A DNA stretch of 25,190 bases from a virus: IMG/VR virus record IMGVR_UViG_3300019458_000027, positions 1-25,190 of that record. The stretch is one strand, 5' to 3'. The notes under the pieces were generated by a model. It was not told where the DNA came from and made no database searches. It worked only from the letters and a program-made list of their open reading frames with translations. How positions within the stretch are numbered: position 1 is the first letter of the stretch; the number at the start of each line of letters is the position of its first letter. This document shows positions 1-6,540 of this stretch, piece after piece. Position numbers and translations under genes: made by a program.

Positions 1-18
1 GGGCTGTTCTGTTATCTG

Positions 19-135
19 TTAAATCCGACATTTTTTTCCCCCCCCCCCCCCCATAAAAGAGACATACCTGATTGTTTTAGCAATCTCATCTATTAGCTGG
101 TGCATCCCCGAATCGTTTTCTGTAAGTCTTTCCAT
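19..135 (-). CDS. Small ORF (MERLTENDSG..., 38 aa) running through a G15 tract; possibly the frameshifted 5' part of a gene that continues off the window edge
   Basis: Translated by hand; ATG at 135 after a G-rich SD-like stretch, TAA at 19-21; not in ORF track. Confidence 0.4.
   Translation of the reverse strand: MERLTENDSGMHQLIDEIAKTIRYVSFMGGGGGKKCRI
38..52. repeat. Homopolymer C15 (G15 on coding strand), followed by A7 on the coding strand
   Basis: Directly visible: ttttttt (31-37) then 15 c (38-52). Confidence 0.9.
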
Positions 136-149
136 GCTATCCCCCGTCT

Positions 150-284
150 TTATCTCGTTGGGAATACCAAAAGGAACGCTGTAACCCACCCAAGAATCTG
201 TACTATCTTGTTCGGTTTAGTCAACCAACTCAATGCAATGTTGAATGACACTCCTGCCAAAATCACCCAATCAACGAATAGCAT
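150..284 (-). CDS. Small two-helix membrane protein (44 aa, MLFVDWVILAGVSFNIALSWLTKPNKIVQILGWVTAFLLVFPTR)
   Basis: AGGAG SD 5 nt before ATG at 284, overlaps the end of the upstream ORF, two hydrophobic segments. Confidence 0.6.
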   Translation of the reverse strand: MLFVDWVILAGVSFNIALSWLTKPNKIVQILGWVTAFLLVFPTR

Positions 285-474
285 GGTGTCTCCTATCTTT
301 TATATAGCCACCTTGAATGAGAAGATCGGCGGTTCTCCCGTAGTGTCCTTGAAGCTTCCAAGCCAACCCCGTATCCACTAAATGCTGGAATAGCTCCGCA
401 ACCCCCGCTTCATCCAACTCCCCCGATTCGTACGCTATGATCTGCCCAACTCGATCAAAAGGTTTCTTTTTCAT
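271..474 (-). CDS. Phage hypothetical protein (YESGEL...FQHLVDTG.AW.LQG.YGR motif)
   Basis: AAGGAG SD; motif pattern recalled from small phage proteins. Confidence 0.75.
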   Translation of the reverse strand: MKKKPFDRVGQIIAYESGELDEAGVAELFQHLVDTGLAWKLQGHYGRTADLLIQGGYIKDRRHHAIR

Positions 475-583
475 CGGTTTACTCCTTTATAAGTGATCGT
501 CTCTCCGATCTGTCAAGCCACTCGCTAACCGTCGGCTTTCACGAATCGCACTAGGGAGCGATACCCTTATTGCTTAGGGCGTT

Positions 584-616
584 CACCGGCTAGTCCGCTA
601 TTTCGACTAGCCGGTG
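584..616 (-). terminator. 12-bp perfect hairpin just after the DUF932 stop (no U-tract); terminator-like or RNA stability element
   Basis: caccggctagtc-N9-gactagccggtg. Confidence 0.5.
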
Positions 617-627
617 GCCCTCCCTGC

Positions 628-1422
628 TTACCGAACCGAAACCAACTCCGAGAAAGCTTCCCCAACCTTGTAAACCTGATTCAAGGTGGAAAGCTGACCC
701 TTTTCCTCCAAGGAACGGGAAAGAACGTCGGTGGTTGAAGCCATCAACCGCCAAAAGTCCCGCCCCTCGTCCTCCTTACGAGTAGGATGGGCAAACAACT
801 CTCCAGCTTGCTCCCCAACCTTCCTCGTTAAAACTTTCTTCTCCACCAGCTTTTTCAGAAACTCCTGTCCCTTCACCGTCGTGCAAGGAAGGGAGATTAG
901 CTCCTTCGCCACCATCAACTGCCCCTCCAAGGCATTGTGAACCTTGGTAACTAGGGGTATCTCGCTCATGAACTTAGCAACTCCCGATTCGATATGTCTC
1001 TCGGAAATGCTAATCAAAGCTTCCCCGAAGTGAAGGAAGAAGGTGTTTTGGCAGATCACCCGAATCGGGGAAACGATCAAGCCAATGCTCCACCCTCCAT
1101 CCAGGGAATTGCGAAGGTTAACATACGTTTGAATCGGGGAATCCCCATCCAATTCGTAAACCTTTGGCAACTTGATGTTGAACACCACCCTAGAGAAGTT
1201 AGCTCTAGTGTAGACATTCTCCACCGTTCCCTCCGGAAGAAACTCTTGAACCCTAGCCAACACGGTGGAATGCGCTATCGGGGCATAACCAGGAGAAACT
1301 ACCCCGAAGATACGGTTCCCGTCCGTAACAGCCCGATATCCTGGAACCGTCTGCCCGTTCCACTGCATATCGTCCAAACGAACGTCCTTGATTGCCAAAA
1401 CCTGTTCCAAATCGGTTTTCAT
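628..1422 (-). CDS. DUF932-family phage/plasmid protein
   Basis: GVVSPGY.PI.H, NSLDGG and RVICQN motifs typical of DUF932/DUF945; AAGGAGG SD; own promoter. Confidence 0.8.
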   Translation of the reverse strand: MKTDLEQVLAIKDVRLDDMQWNGQTVPGYRAVTDGNRIFGVVSPGYAPIAHSTVLARVQEFLPEGTVENVYTRANFSRVVFNIKLPKVYELDGDSPIQTYVNLRNSLDGGWSIGLIVSPIRVICQNTFFLHFGEALISISERHIESGVAKFMSEIPLVTKVHNALEGQLMVAKELISLPCTTVKGQEFLKKLVEKKVLTRKVGEQAGELFAHPTRKEDEGRDFWRLMASTTDVLSRSLEEKGQLSTLNQVYKVGEAFSELVSVR

Positions 1423-1448
1423 CTTACCCTCCTTTTATTTCTACCGGA

Positions 1449-1478
1449 AGTATACCACACCAATAGGGCTTCTGTCAA
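1449..1478 (-). promoter_or_regulatory. Sigma70-type promoter TTGACA-N18-TATACT with extended -10 TG
   Basis: Near-consensus hexamers; same motif at 2777-2805 and 5745-5774. Confidence 0.8.
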
Positions 1479-1840
1479 GGTATCTCATTATGCCCATTTG
1501 CTAGAAGAAATTGTTCTTCTAGGTAATCGGCGCACTCTACATACTCATTAAAGCTAAATGCTTTGTCGTATACATGCTTGCTGTCGGCTTTGTATGGCAA
1601 TTCCCCGTTCCTGCCACCCCATCCCTTCTTGCTGTTTACAATGATCTCATCGCTATTCCGATGTTCATAGATGCAAAAAGTCGGGGAATCAATATCAAAC
1701 CCAACGGTGAAAGTTAGTCCCGATTCCCGACAATTCATGAAACATCGTACATAGATATCGATGTTTTGAAGGGAATCCTTGTTTCTCAGAAGCTCCAGAA
1801 TCGCTAAGCCGATACTCAGTCCACTCGACAACGTGATCAT
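1475..1840 (-). CDS. Phage hypothetical protein (NCRE.G...EHRNSD motif)
   Basis: AAGGAG SD, tight packing with neighbours. Confidence 0.7.
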   Translation of the reverse strand: MITLSSGLSIGLAILELLRNKDSLQNIDIYVRCFMNCRESGLTFTVGFDIDSPTFCIYEHRNSDEIIVNSKKGWGGRNGELPYKADSKHVYDKAFSFNEYVECADYLEEQFLLANGHNEIP

Positions 1841-1841
1841 C

Positions 1842-2036
1842 TTATTCTCCTTGGCTCTCTATCATATCCCTGGTAACCTCCCAAGCTTCAACCCCTCCAG
1901 GGTAACAATCGTTTGGGCATTCCAACCGATAGCTGGACGTTTCCCGCATTCGATTCCCGCATTGCGGACACTTCGGAGTGCTCATCCCGCTCCACCCGGT
2001 GGTGATCTTCTTATGGGCGTTATAGTGGTTTCTCAT
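1842..2036 (-). CDS. Small zinc-ribbon protein (CPQC...CPNDC)
   Basis: Start reassigned to ATG 2036 (AGGAGG SD, overlaps upstream stop); two Cys pairs. Confidence 0.6.
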   Translation of the reverse strand: MRNHYNAHKKITTGWSGMSTPKCPQCGNRMRETSSYRLECPNDCYPGGVEAWEVTRDMIESQGE

Positions 2037-2284
2037 CGGTTTTCCTCCTTCTTGAATGCCTTGATATGCTTGCACCCGCCACTCGGCTGTCGAAAGGTGA
2101 AATCGGGGCAAACACAATGGTACGAGTATTGAAACTTTCCGTGAGAACCATTGGTTCGGTGCCGAAACTTAGTAACCAAGTATCCCACCTTGCTTTCGGT
2201 TTCAGAGGGAACATACCCATACTTGGCAACCCCTCGCTTGATATCTTCCTTCTTCTTAGGAATCAAAATCGTGAGCTTTTTCAT
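2033..2284 (-). CDS. SWIM-type zinc finger protein
   Basis: CVCPDF...CKHI (CxC...CxH); start reassigned to 2284 (GGAGG SD). Confidence 0.75.
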   Translation of the reverse strand: MKKLTILIPKKKEDIKRGVAKYGYVPSETESKVGYLVTKFRHRTNGSHGKFQYSYHCVCPDFTFRQPSGGCKHIKAFKKEENR

Positions 2285-2285
2285 G

Positions 2286-2477
2286 TTAAAATCTGTCCTC
2301 CCCATGGATGGAGTGAAGAATCTCTATTTCGTCGCCATCGTTATCAAGCTCTCGAAGGCGAAGATTGGTATACCCTTCCTCAACTAGGGAATCAAACTTC
2401 GCCTTGGCTTCTTTATAGTTGTCGAAATCCCAATTCGCTTCACTGTCCCAATCCTGTATCTGGAAAAAGGTTTTCAT
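2286..2477 (-). CDS. Small acidic hypothetical protein
   Basis: GGAG SD, abuts both neighbours, strongly acidic. Confidence 0.7.
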   Translation of the reverse strand: MKTFFQIQDWDSEANWDFDNYKEAKAKFDSLVEEGYTNLRLRELDNDGDEIEILHSIHGEDRF

Positions 2478-2478
2478 T

Positions 2479-2757
2479 TTAGCTTTTCTCCACGAACAGC
2501 AAATCTTCTACCTCGATAGGCACGTTTCGAAATGTCCTCTCACGTCCACCGAATACGTTCCCCACCAGCCACTTCATCAAGTTTCGGTGTCGGCTAGTGG
2601 TAACGCTGTAAAAGGTTTCGTTGATGCAAAGATCACCGTTCACCCATTGCCCGATCACTGTGCTGTAGCTGAAAAGCTTATCGCCTGTACTAGTCAAGTG
2701 TCGGTTCTTTCCTTCTTGCCTTTCTGCAAACCGCCCAATTACCTGTCTGTTCGTCAT
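2479..2757 (-). CDS. Phage hypothetical protein (LFSY.T.I...YS.TTS.H motif)
   Basis: Start reassigned to 2757 downstream of promoter, GGAGG SD; recalled phage motif. Confidence 0.75.
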   Translation of the reverse strand: MTNRQVIGRFAERQEGKNRHLTSTGDKLFSYSTVIGQWVNGDLCINETFYSVTTSRHRNLMKWLVGNVFGGRERTFRNVPIEVEDLLFVEKS

Positions 2758-2776
2758 TTTCTTGCCCTCCACCGGA

Positions 2777-2805
2777 AGTATACCATGCGTGGAGCTTTCA
2801 GTCAA
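2777..2805 (-). promoter_or_regulatory. Sigma70-type promoter TTGACT-N17-TATACT with extended -10 TG
   Basis: Near consensus; shares 15 nt (TGGTATACTTCCGGT) with the promoter at 1449. Confidence 0.8.
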
Positions 2806-2819
2806 CCGGTTTGTGCACC

Positions 2820-3293
2820 TTATAACCTTGCACTCTTACCATCGTGCAATCCCCTCTCGAAAGCTCGGCTGATTAATTTACTATAAACCAAACTGTTAGG
2901 ACTGAACATTCTAAAGTATGGAGAATCGTCTCCACCCGATATTTTCGTTATGGCAGCGGCAACAGCAGGGCTTCGACTGTAACCCGCTTCGCAATGTACC
3001 AGAATCCAGGTAATACCCTTGTGCTCTGTAAAAACAAAGTCTAGAATTTGGTCGGCTTGTTCATCGGTAAACATGGTGTAAGGTTCTGTAGGTTCATCAA
3101 TATCATCGAATCGCAACTGTAGAACTCCCTTTCTAAATTCGGCGCATGCTTCGGGCAGAGTAGGAAACAAAAACGTGCCATACTCACCATCCCAATCCCT
3201 GTTGGGGTTAGTGATCTGGATAACGATATGATTCTCCATCAGAACCGTAGCACTAATGGTATCCCGATTCTTTACTATAGCTTGTCGGTTCAT
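2820..3293 (-). CDS. Protein-tyrosine/dual-specificity phosphatase-like protein
   Basis: CX5R signature VHCEAGYSRS, upstream LRFDD acid loop; start reassigned to 3293. Confidence 0.85.
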   Translation of the reverse strand: MNRQAIVKNRDTISATVLMENHIVIQITNPNRDWDGEYGTFLFPTLPEACAEFRKGVLQLRFDDIDEPTEPYTMFTDEQADQILDFVFTEHKGITWILVHCEAGYSRSPAVAAAITKISGGDDSPYFRMFSPNSLVYSKLISRAFERGLHDGKSARL

Positions 3294-3294
3294 T

Positions 3295-3681
3295 TCATGC
3301 TCCCTCATTAAAAGTAACAACGTCGCAACCTTTTCCAGTTGTGAAGTAAGCCCTCCTAATACCCACACTTTTCAAAAAAGAGGAACAGATCGGGCAGGGT
3401 TTAGCCATGGCGGTTTCCCCGCTTTTTAATATTCTAGCCACGTAAATATCGGCTTTGTGCAAGTCCTTAGCGTCCATCCCAATACAAGAGTGAACCTCTG
3501 CATGAGTACCAGGAACCTCGTACCCATGGCTGAATTGTTTCATAATAGGGTGTGTTTTCCCCATGGTATTGAACCCCGTACTAATAGGGCGATTCTTCCT
3601 AACCACCACCGCCCCAAGACGGTAACGACTAATGCTCTTTCTAGCCATAGAAACAGCCAAAGCCATATGATCGGGTTTCAT
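3295..3681 (-). CDS. Zinc-dependent cytidine/dCMP deaminase-family protein
   Basis: GAVVV...GFN, HAE and PCPIC motifs; start reassigned to 3681. Confidence 0.85.
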   Translation of the reverse strand: MKPDHMALAVSMARKSISRYRLGAVVVRKNRPISTGFNTMGKTHPIMKQFSHGYEVPGTHAEVHSCIGMDAKDLHKADIYVARILKSGETAMAKPCPICSSFLKSVGIRRAYFTTGKGCDVVTFNEGA

Positions 3682-4055
3682 TTCATATACCTCTCGCACC
3701 TAGCTCTAACGTGCTTGAGCTTGTTCCACATCTTTCGATCGTGCTTTCTACCTTGGGGTAGAAGATGGGTAAATTCATGAGCCACCAGCCCTAGAGAGAT
3801 ACGATCGTATTTTCCTGTGGGAAGATGTATCTCCCCGTTACGGTAACGAAAGTCTAAATCCCACATGCCGTCGTCTTTCATGGGGAACATAGTGTGGCCT
3901 CCCCTCTTTGTGTCGAAGAACACAACCGGAGCGGGTATCTTGTAGTGCTGGCACAACCATTTGATGATTAACCTAGCCCGATTAGGTGTCAGTTTGAAAT
4001 TGTAGTGTTTTGGGTATTCCTGATATTCCCTCTGATAGAACTTGTATGCCGGCAT
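3678..4055 (-). CDS. Small HExxH zinc metallopeptidase-like protein (SprT/minigluzincin-like)
   Basis: LVAHEFTHLL...H motif; GGAGG SD. Confidence 0.75.
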   Translation of the reverse strand: MPAYKFYQREYQEYPKHYNFKLTPNRARLIIKWLCQHYKIPAPVVFFDTKRGGHTMFPMKDDGMWDLDFRYRNGEIHLPTGKYDRISLGLVAHEFTHLLPQGRKHDRKMWNKLKHVRARCERYMK

Positions 4056-4071
4056 GTTTCCTCCAAGTTAA

Positions 4072-4145
4072 TAGGCGGGGCGGGGGTCGAACCCGCAACC
4101 GTCGCCTTATAAAGACGCTGCTCTAACCCGTTGAGCTACCCGCCC
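4072..4145 (-). tRNA. trnI: tRNA-Ile, anticodon UAU; CCA not encoded
   Basis: Cloverleaf: GGGCGGG/CCCGCCT acceptor, GCTC/GAGC D-stem, GCGTC-TTTATAA-GGCGA anticodon arm, GCGGG-TTCGACC-CCCGC T-arm, discriminator A. Confidence 0.9.
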
Positions 4146-4150
4146 AAGAA

Positions 4151-5068
4151 TCATGCTTCCTCTACCAGTCCAGCCCAATATTCCTCCACAGGCATGTTGA
4201 ACGTCCAAGCCACCGCCCCCCTAGCTGTTCTGATGGTGTCTGGAACCCTCAGACAGTAGAAAGCACCTGTCGTAGCGCACCGAACCTTCACAATGGTAAA
4301 CACTTCTATATCAAAGGTGCTTCTTTTCACATGCTGATCAGATGGAACGACTGTTCCCTCGTCTCGTCTCAAACAGAATCGAAACAGAGTGTAATCTTTC
4401 CATTGATTCATCACTACAGCGTCAACGTCTTTCAGGATTCGTTCGTATCCATATTCCTCTAAGTAGATTCGTCTCCGCTCTTGGTTTGGCTCCCTCAGTA
4501 TCTCTTGTGGTGTCAGCGTGTTCTTTTGGAGCTTTCGGTACTTGAACCATGGGATATGAACCCCTCTAACGAAATTGATAGTGTGGGGCTTTCCGCTATG
4601 TCTGCCAAAATGAACACACGTCCCATGAACCTCTCCTTCCTCGTTGTACGGGAGAATGTCCTTTGGTGCTCCCCTCCTATACCACGTTCTTTCGGTGTTG
4701 CCGGGGCATGGAAATCTGTAAACCTTCACGCCATTGGCATTGAACAAGGTTTGGTGTGATTTGCTCCCCCTTCCTACCCCTACGAATCTTCCGGTCCCCT
4801 GATCTTCTCGATCTTCCCCCCGCCCTCCGCTCTCCATAGTTGGATAGAGCGTAATGGAAGCCAGTCGGTTTTTCGACCAGAAACCGTATTGCAAAACCAA
4901 TTCGTTCTCTCGATTGAAATAGCTCACAATTCGGTGGATGGGCATATAACCACCAGCGTTGTAAAGAGTTTTCCCCTCTTGAACCTTCGCAGAGACAATC
5001 CCAAGCTTCCTTCTTTTTACTTGGCTAATGTCGTTCTCGGTTGTGTCAAACACCTTTCGGGTTCTCAT
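4151..5068 (-). CDS. DUF6745-domain protein (C-terminal domain) with basic N-terminal region
   Basis: E.NQERRR..LE.YGYER and VKVRCATTG..Y.LRVP....A..AVAWTF motifs; adjacent RQGD partner. Confidence 0.75.
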   Translation of the reverse strand: MRTRKVFDTTENDISQVKRRKLGIVSAKVQEGKTLYNAGGYMPIHRIVSYFNRENELVLQYGFWSKNRLASITLYPTMESGGRGEDREDQGTGRFVGVGRGSKSHQTLFNANGVKVYRFPCPGNTERTWYRRGAPKDILPYNEEGEVHGTCVHFGRHSGKPHTINFVRGVHIPWFKYRKLQKNTLTPQEILREPNQERRRIYLEEYGYERILKDVDAVVMNQWKDYTLFRFCLRRDEGTVVPSDQHVKRSTFDIEVFTIVKVRCATTGAFYCLRVPDTIRTARGAVAWTFNMPVEEYWAGLVEEA

Positions 5069-5080
5069 CTTCTGCCCTCC

Positions 5081-5115
5081 AAAAAGGAGGGGTGGGGCAG
5101 ATTCGCCCCACCCCT
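5081..5115 (-). terminator. Intrinsic terminator-like hairpin between the RQGD gene and the DUF6745 gene
   Basis: Minus strand AGGGGTGGGGC-GAATCT-GCCCCACCCCT-CC-TTTTT. Confidence 0.7.
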
Positions 5116-5119
5116 GCCA

Positions 5120-5425
5120 TTAGTCTTTCACCCTCTGAGAACGATCACCCTCCCACTGGCGCTGCCGACGAAGCATCCAGAAACCCGATTCAAACTTCTC
5201 GGTTCGGTGTTCCTCATGCACCACCTTCACTTCCTCACCACCATCTTGTACGGGGAAGTAGAGATTGGTTCCCGTAGCGAAAACGGGAGCACCAACCAAT
5301 TCATGCTTGTGTCCTGTCGTCTCCCCGTACGCCAAAATCTGAGACTTCACCCTTTTTGCTTCTTTCGGGATACTCTGCACCTTGATGAACAGCAGATCAC
5401 CCTGCCTTTTGTGCTGATTCTCCAT
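5120..5425 (-). CDS. RQGD / GE.TGH.H / HEEH protein, usual partner of DUF6745
   Basis: RQGDLL, LAYGETTGHKH, VHEEH, RRQR motifs; GGAGG SD. Confidence 0.8.
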   Translation of the reverse strand: MENQHKRQGDLLFIKVQSIPKEAKRVKSQILAYGETTGHKHELVGAPVFATGTNLYFPVQDGGEEVKVVHEEHRTEKFESGFWMLRRQRQWEGDRSQRVKD

Positions 5426-5451
5426 TTTTCACCCTCCAGTAAAGGAAAAGG

Positions 5452-5652
5452 TTAAACAACCTGAGCTTGCAGTTGCTCCACCCGACCACGAAGCCAACCG
5501 AGGTAAGGAGAGTTAGCCAACTCTGGTCGTGCCTCACCCTGATCTAAAGCTTTCTTCGCCACGATTACAGCCGAGGCGAAATTCCTCGCTTCAACTAAGG
5601 AAGCGATCTCGTCTGTGAACTCGTACCACGGAATCCGCTGATCTTTCTGCAT
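5452..5652 (-). CDS. Small helical hypothetical protein, first gene of the early transcript
   Basis: Start reassigned to 5652 (GGAGG SD) because the longer ORF runs through the promoter. Confidence 0.65.
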   Translation of the reverse strand: MQKDQRIPWYEFTDEIASLVEARNFASAVIVAKKALDQGEARPELANSPYLGWLRGRVEQLQAQVV

Positions 5653-5744
5653 TTTGCGCCCTCCGGTAAAGGAAGCGGACAGGGAAGCCCCACCCGCACC
5701 CGAAAACCCAAAGACGGAAACAGCCCATACGTTCCCACAATCCA

Positions 5745-5774
5745 AGTATACCACACCGTGGCGGTCTCTGTCAA
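5745..5774 (-). promoter_or_regulatory. Sigma70-type promoter TTGACA-N18-TATACT with extended -10 TG
   Basis: TTGACAGA...GGTGTGGTATACTT, same flanks as the promoter at 1449. Confidence 0.8.
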
Positions 5775-5827
5775 TCGGTCTGTGCATGTTATAACCTTGC
5801 AAGCTTACACAAGGTCTCCCAAATATG

Positions 5828-5864
5828 GAAAGGGCCGAATGGACTGAAAGCCCAATCGGCCCTT
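5828..5864 (-). terminator. Hairpin closing the late/membrane gene block
   Basis: AAGGGCCGA...TCGGCCCTT with additional inner pairs, short U-run, just after the stop at 5879. Confidence 0.6.
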
Positions 5865-5878
5865 GAAACGGCGAGAGG

Positions 5879-6103
5879 TTACGACAGGTACTCGTCTAAA
5901 AGCTCCTCAACGGTCAAAAGAACGGCCGTAGTCAGAACCGTCGTAACGCCTGTTACGGGAAGAACCCCCGTAACGTGGAGAAGAACTAGGCCAACAAACC
6001 CCACGATAGCGGTGTGCACCAGCGTCCCCAGGTTATAAGGGAGACCGTCTGCCACGTGAGTTAGGTCTAGGACTTTCGATACCAACTTTTTCAACGTATC
6101 CAT
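5879..6103 (-). CDS. Small two-TM membrane protein, holin-like
   Basis: Two hydrophobic segments, charged termini, AAGGAGG SD at start 6103, position after tail genes. Confidence 0.55.
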   Translation of the reverse strand: MDTLKKLVSKVLDLTHVADGLPYNLGTLVHTAIVGFVGLVLLHVTGVLPVTGVTTVLTTAVLLTVEELLDEYLS

Positions 6104-6156
6104 CCTATTCCCTCCTTTATAGCGGGATGCACCCGCCTTCATTATTATTATACCCC

Positions 6157-6540
6157 TTAAAACCTGTGCTTGACTTTGACCCCAATTTCTTTGTTCTTTT
6201 GACTAAATTCCCCCCATACTCCAAAAGAGTTAGATTTGGGGTTGTTTCTTCTTTTGGCGTCTGATTTGTACGCCTGCGCTTGTTCACTTTCTTCATTTAT
6301 ATACTCGTGAAAAGCGTCGTAATTTCCAGCACTGGCCTCCGAGCTAGGATTATTGCGGGAGGAGACGGGCTGATCAGTGGACGACCGCAAGGAAGCAGCC
6401 GTCCCCATCTCCTCCAAAGCAGCGTGGGGCTGTGAAGTACCCACGCTATGTAAAAACAATAACGGGATATACCCTCCCACACCGAGAAGGAATATCCCCG
6501 TTCCCATACCGATTCTTAGGTAGCGAACCAATGAATCCAC
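6157..6540 (-). CDS. Membrane-anchored/secreted protein with C-terminal beta-hairpin ending in Phe
   Basis: N-terminal hydrophobic helix, low-complexity linker, SFGVWGEFS...EIGVKVKHRF. Confidence 0.55.
   Translation of the reverse strand: MDSLVRYLRIGMGTGIFLLGVGGYIPLLFLHSVGTSQPHAALEEMGTAASLRSSTDQPVSSRNNPSSEASAGNYDAFHEYINEESEQAQAYKSDAKRRNNPKSNSFGVWGEFSQKNKEIGVKVKHRF

Noticed and set aside
487-516. Fourth early promoter (TTGACAGA...TATAAA)
   Set aside because: Spacing 19 nt, lacks the shared TGGTATACT box, and the start site would fall within the SD
4107-4114. Reading the tRNA anticodon as TTA (ochre suppressor) and inferring stop-codon recoding
   Set aside because: That register breaks the anticodon stem; genes are intact in the standard code and mostly end in TAA
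4056-4150. tRNA as prophage attachment site or with an associated ribozyme
   Set aside because: Phage-type genes on both sides, no integrase or duplicated tRNA end, and flanks too short for a ribozyme
6143-6175. Promoter for the holin-like gene (TATAAT)
   Set aside because: A -10 hexamer is present but no -35 or extended TG on the same strand, so it cannot be supported
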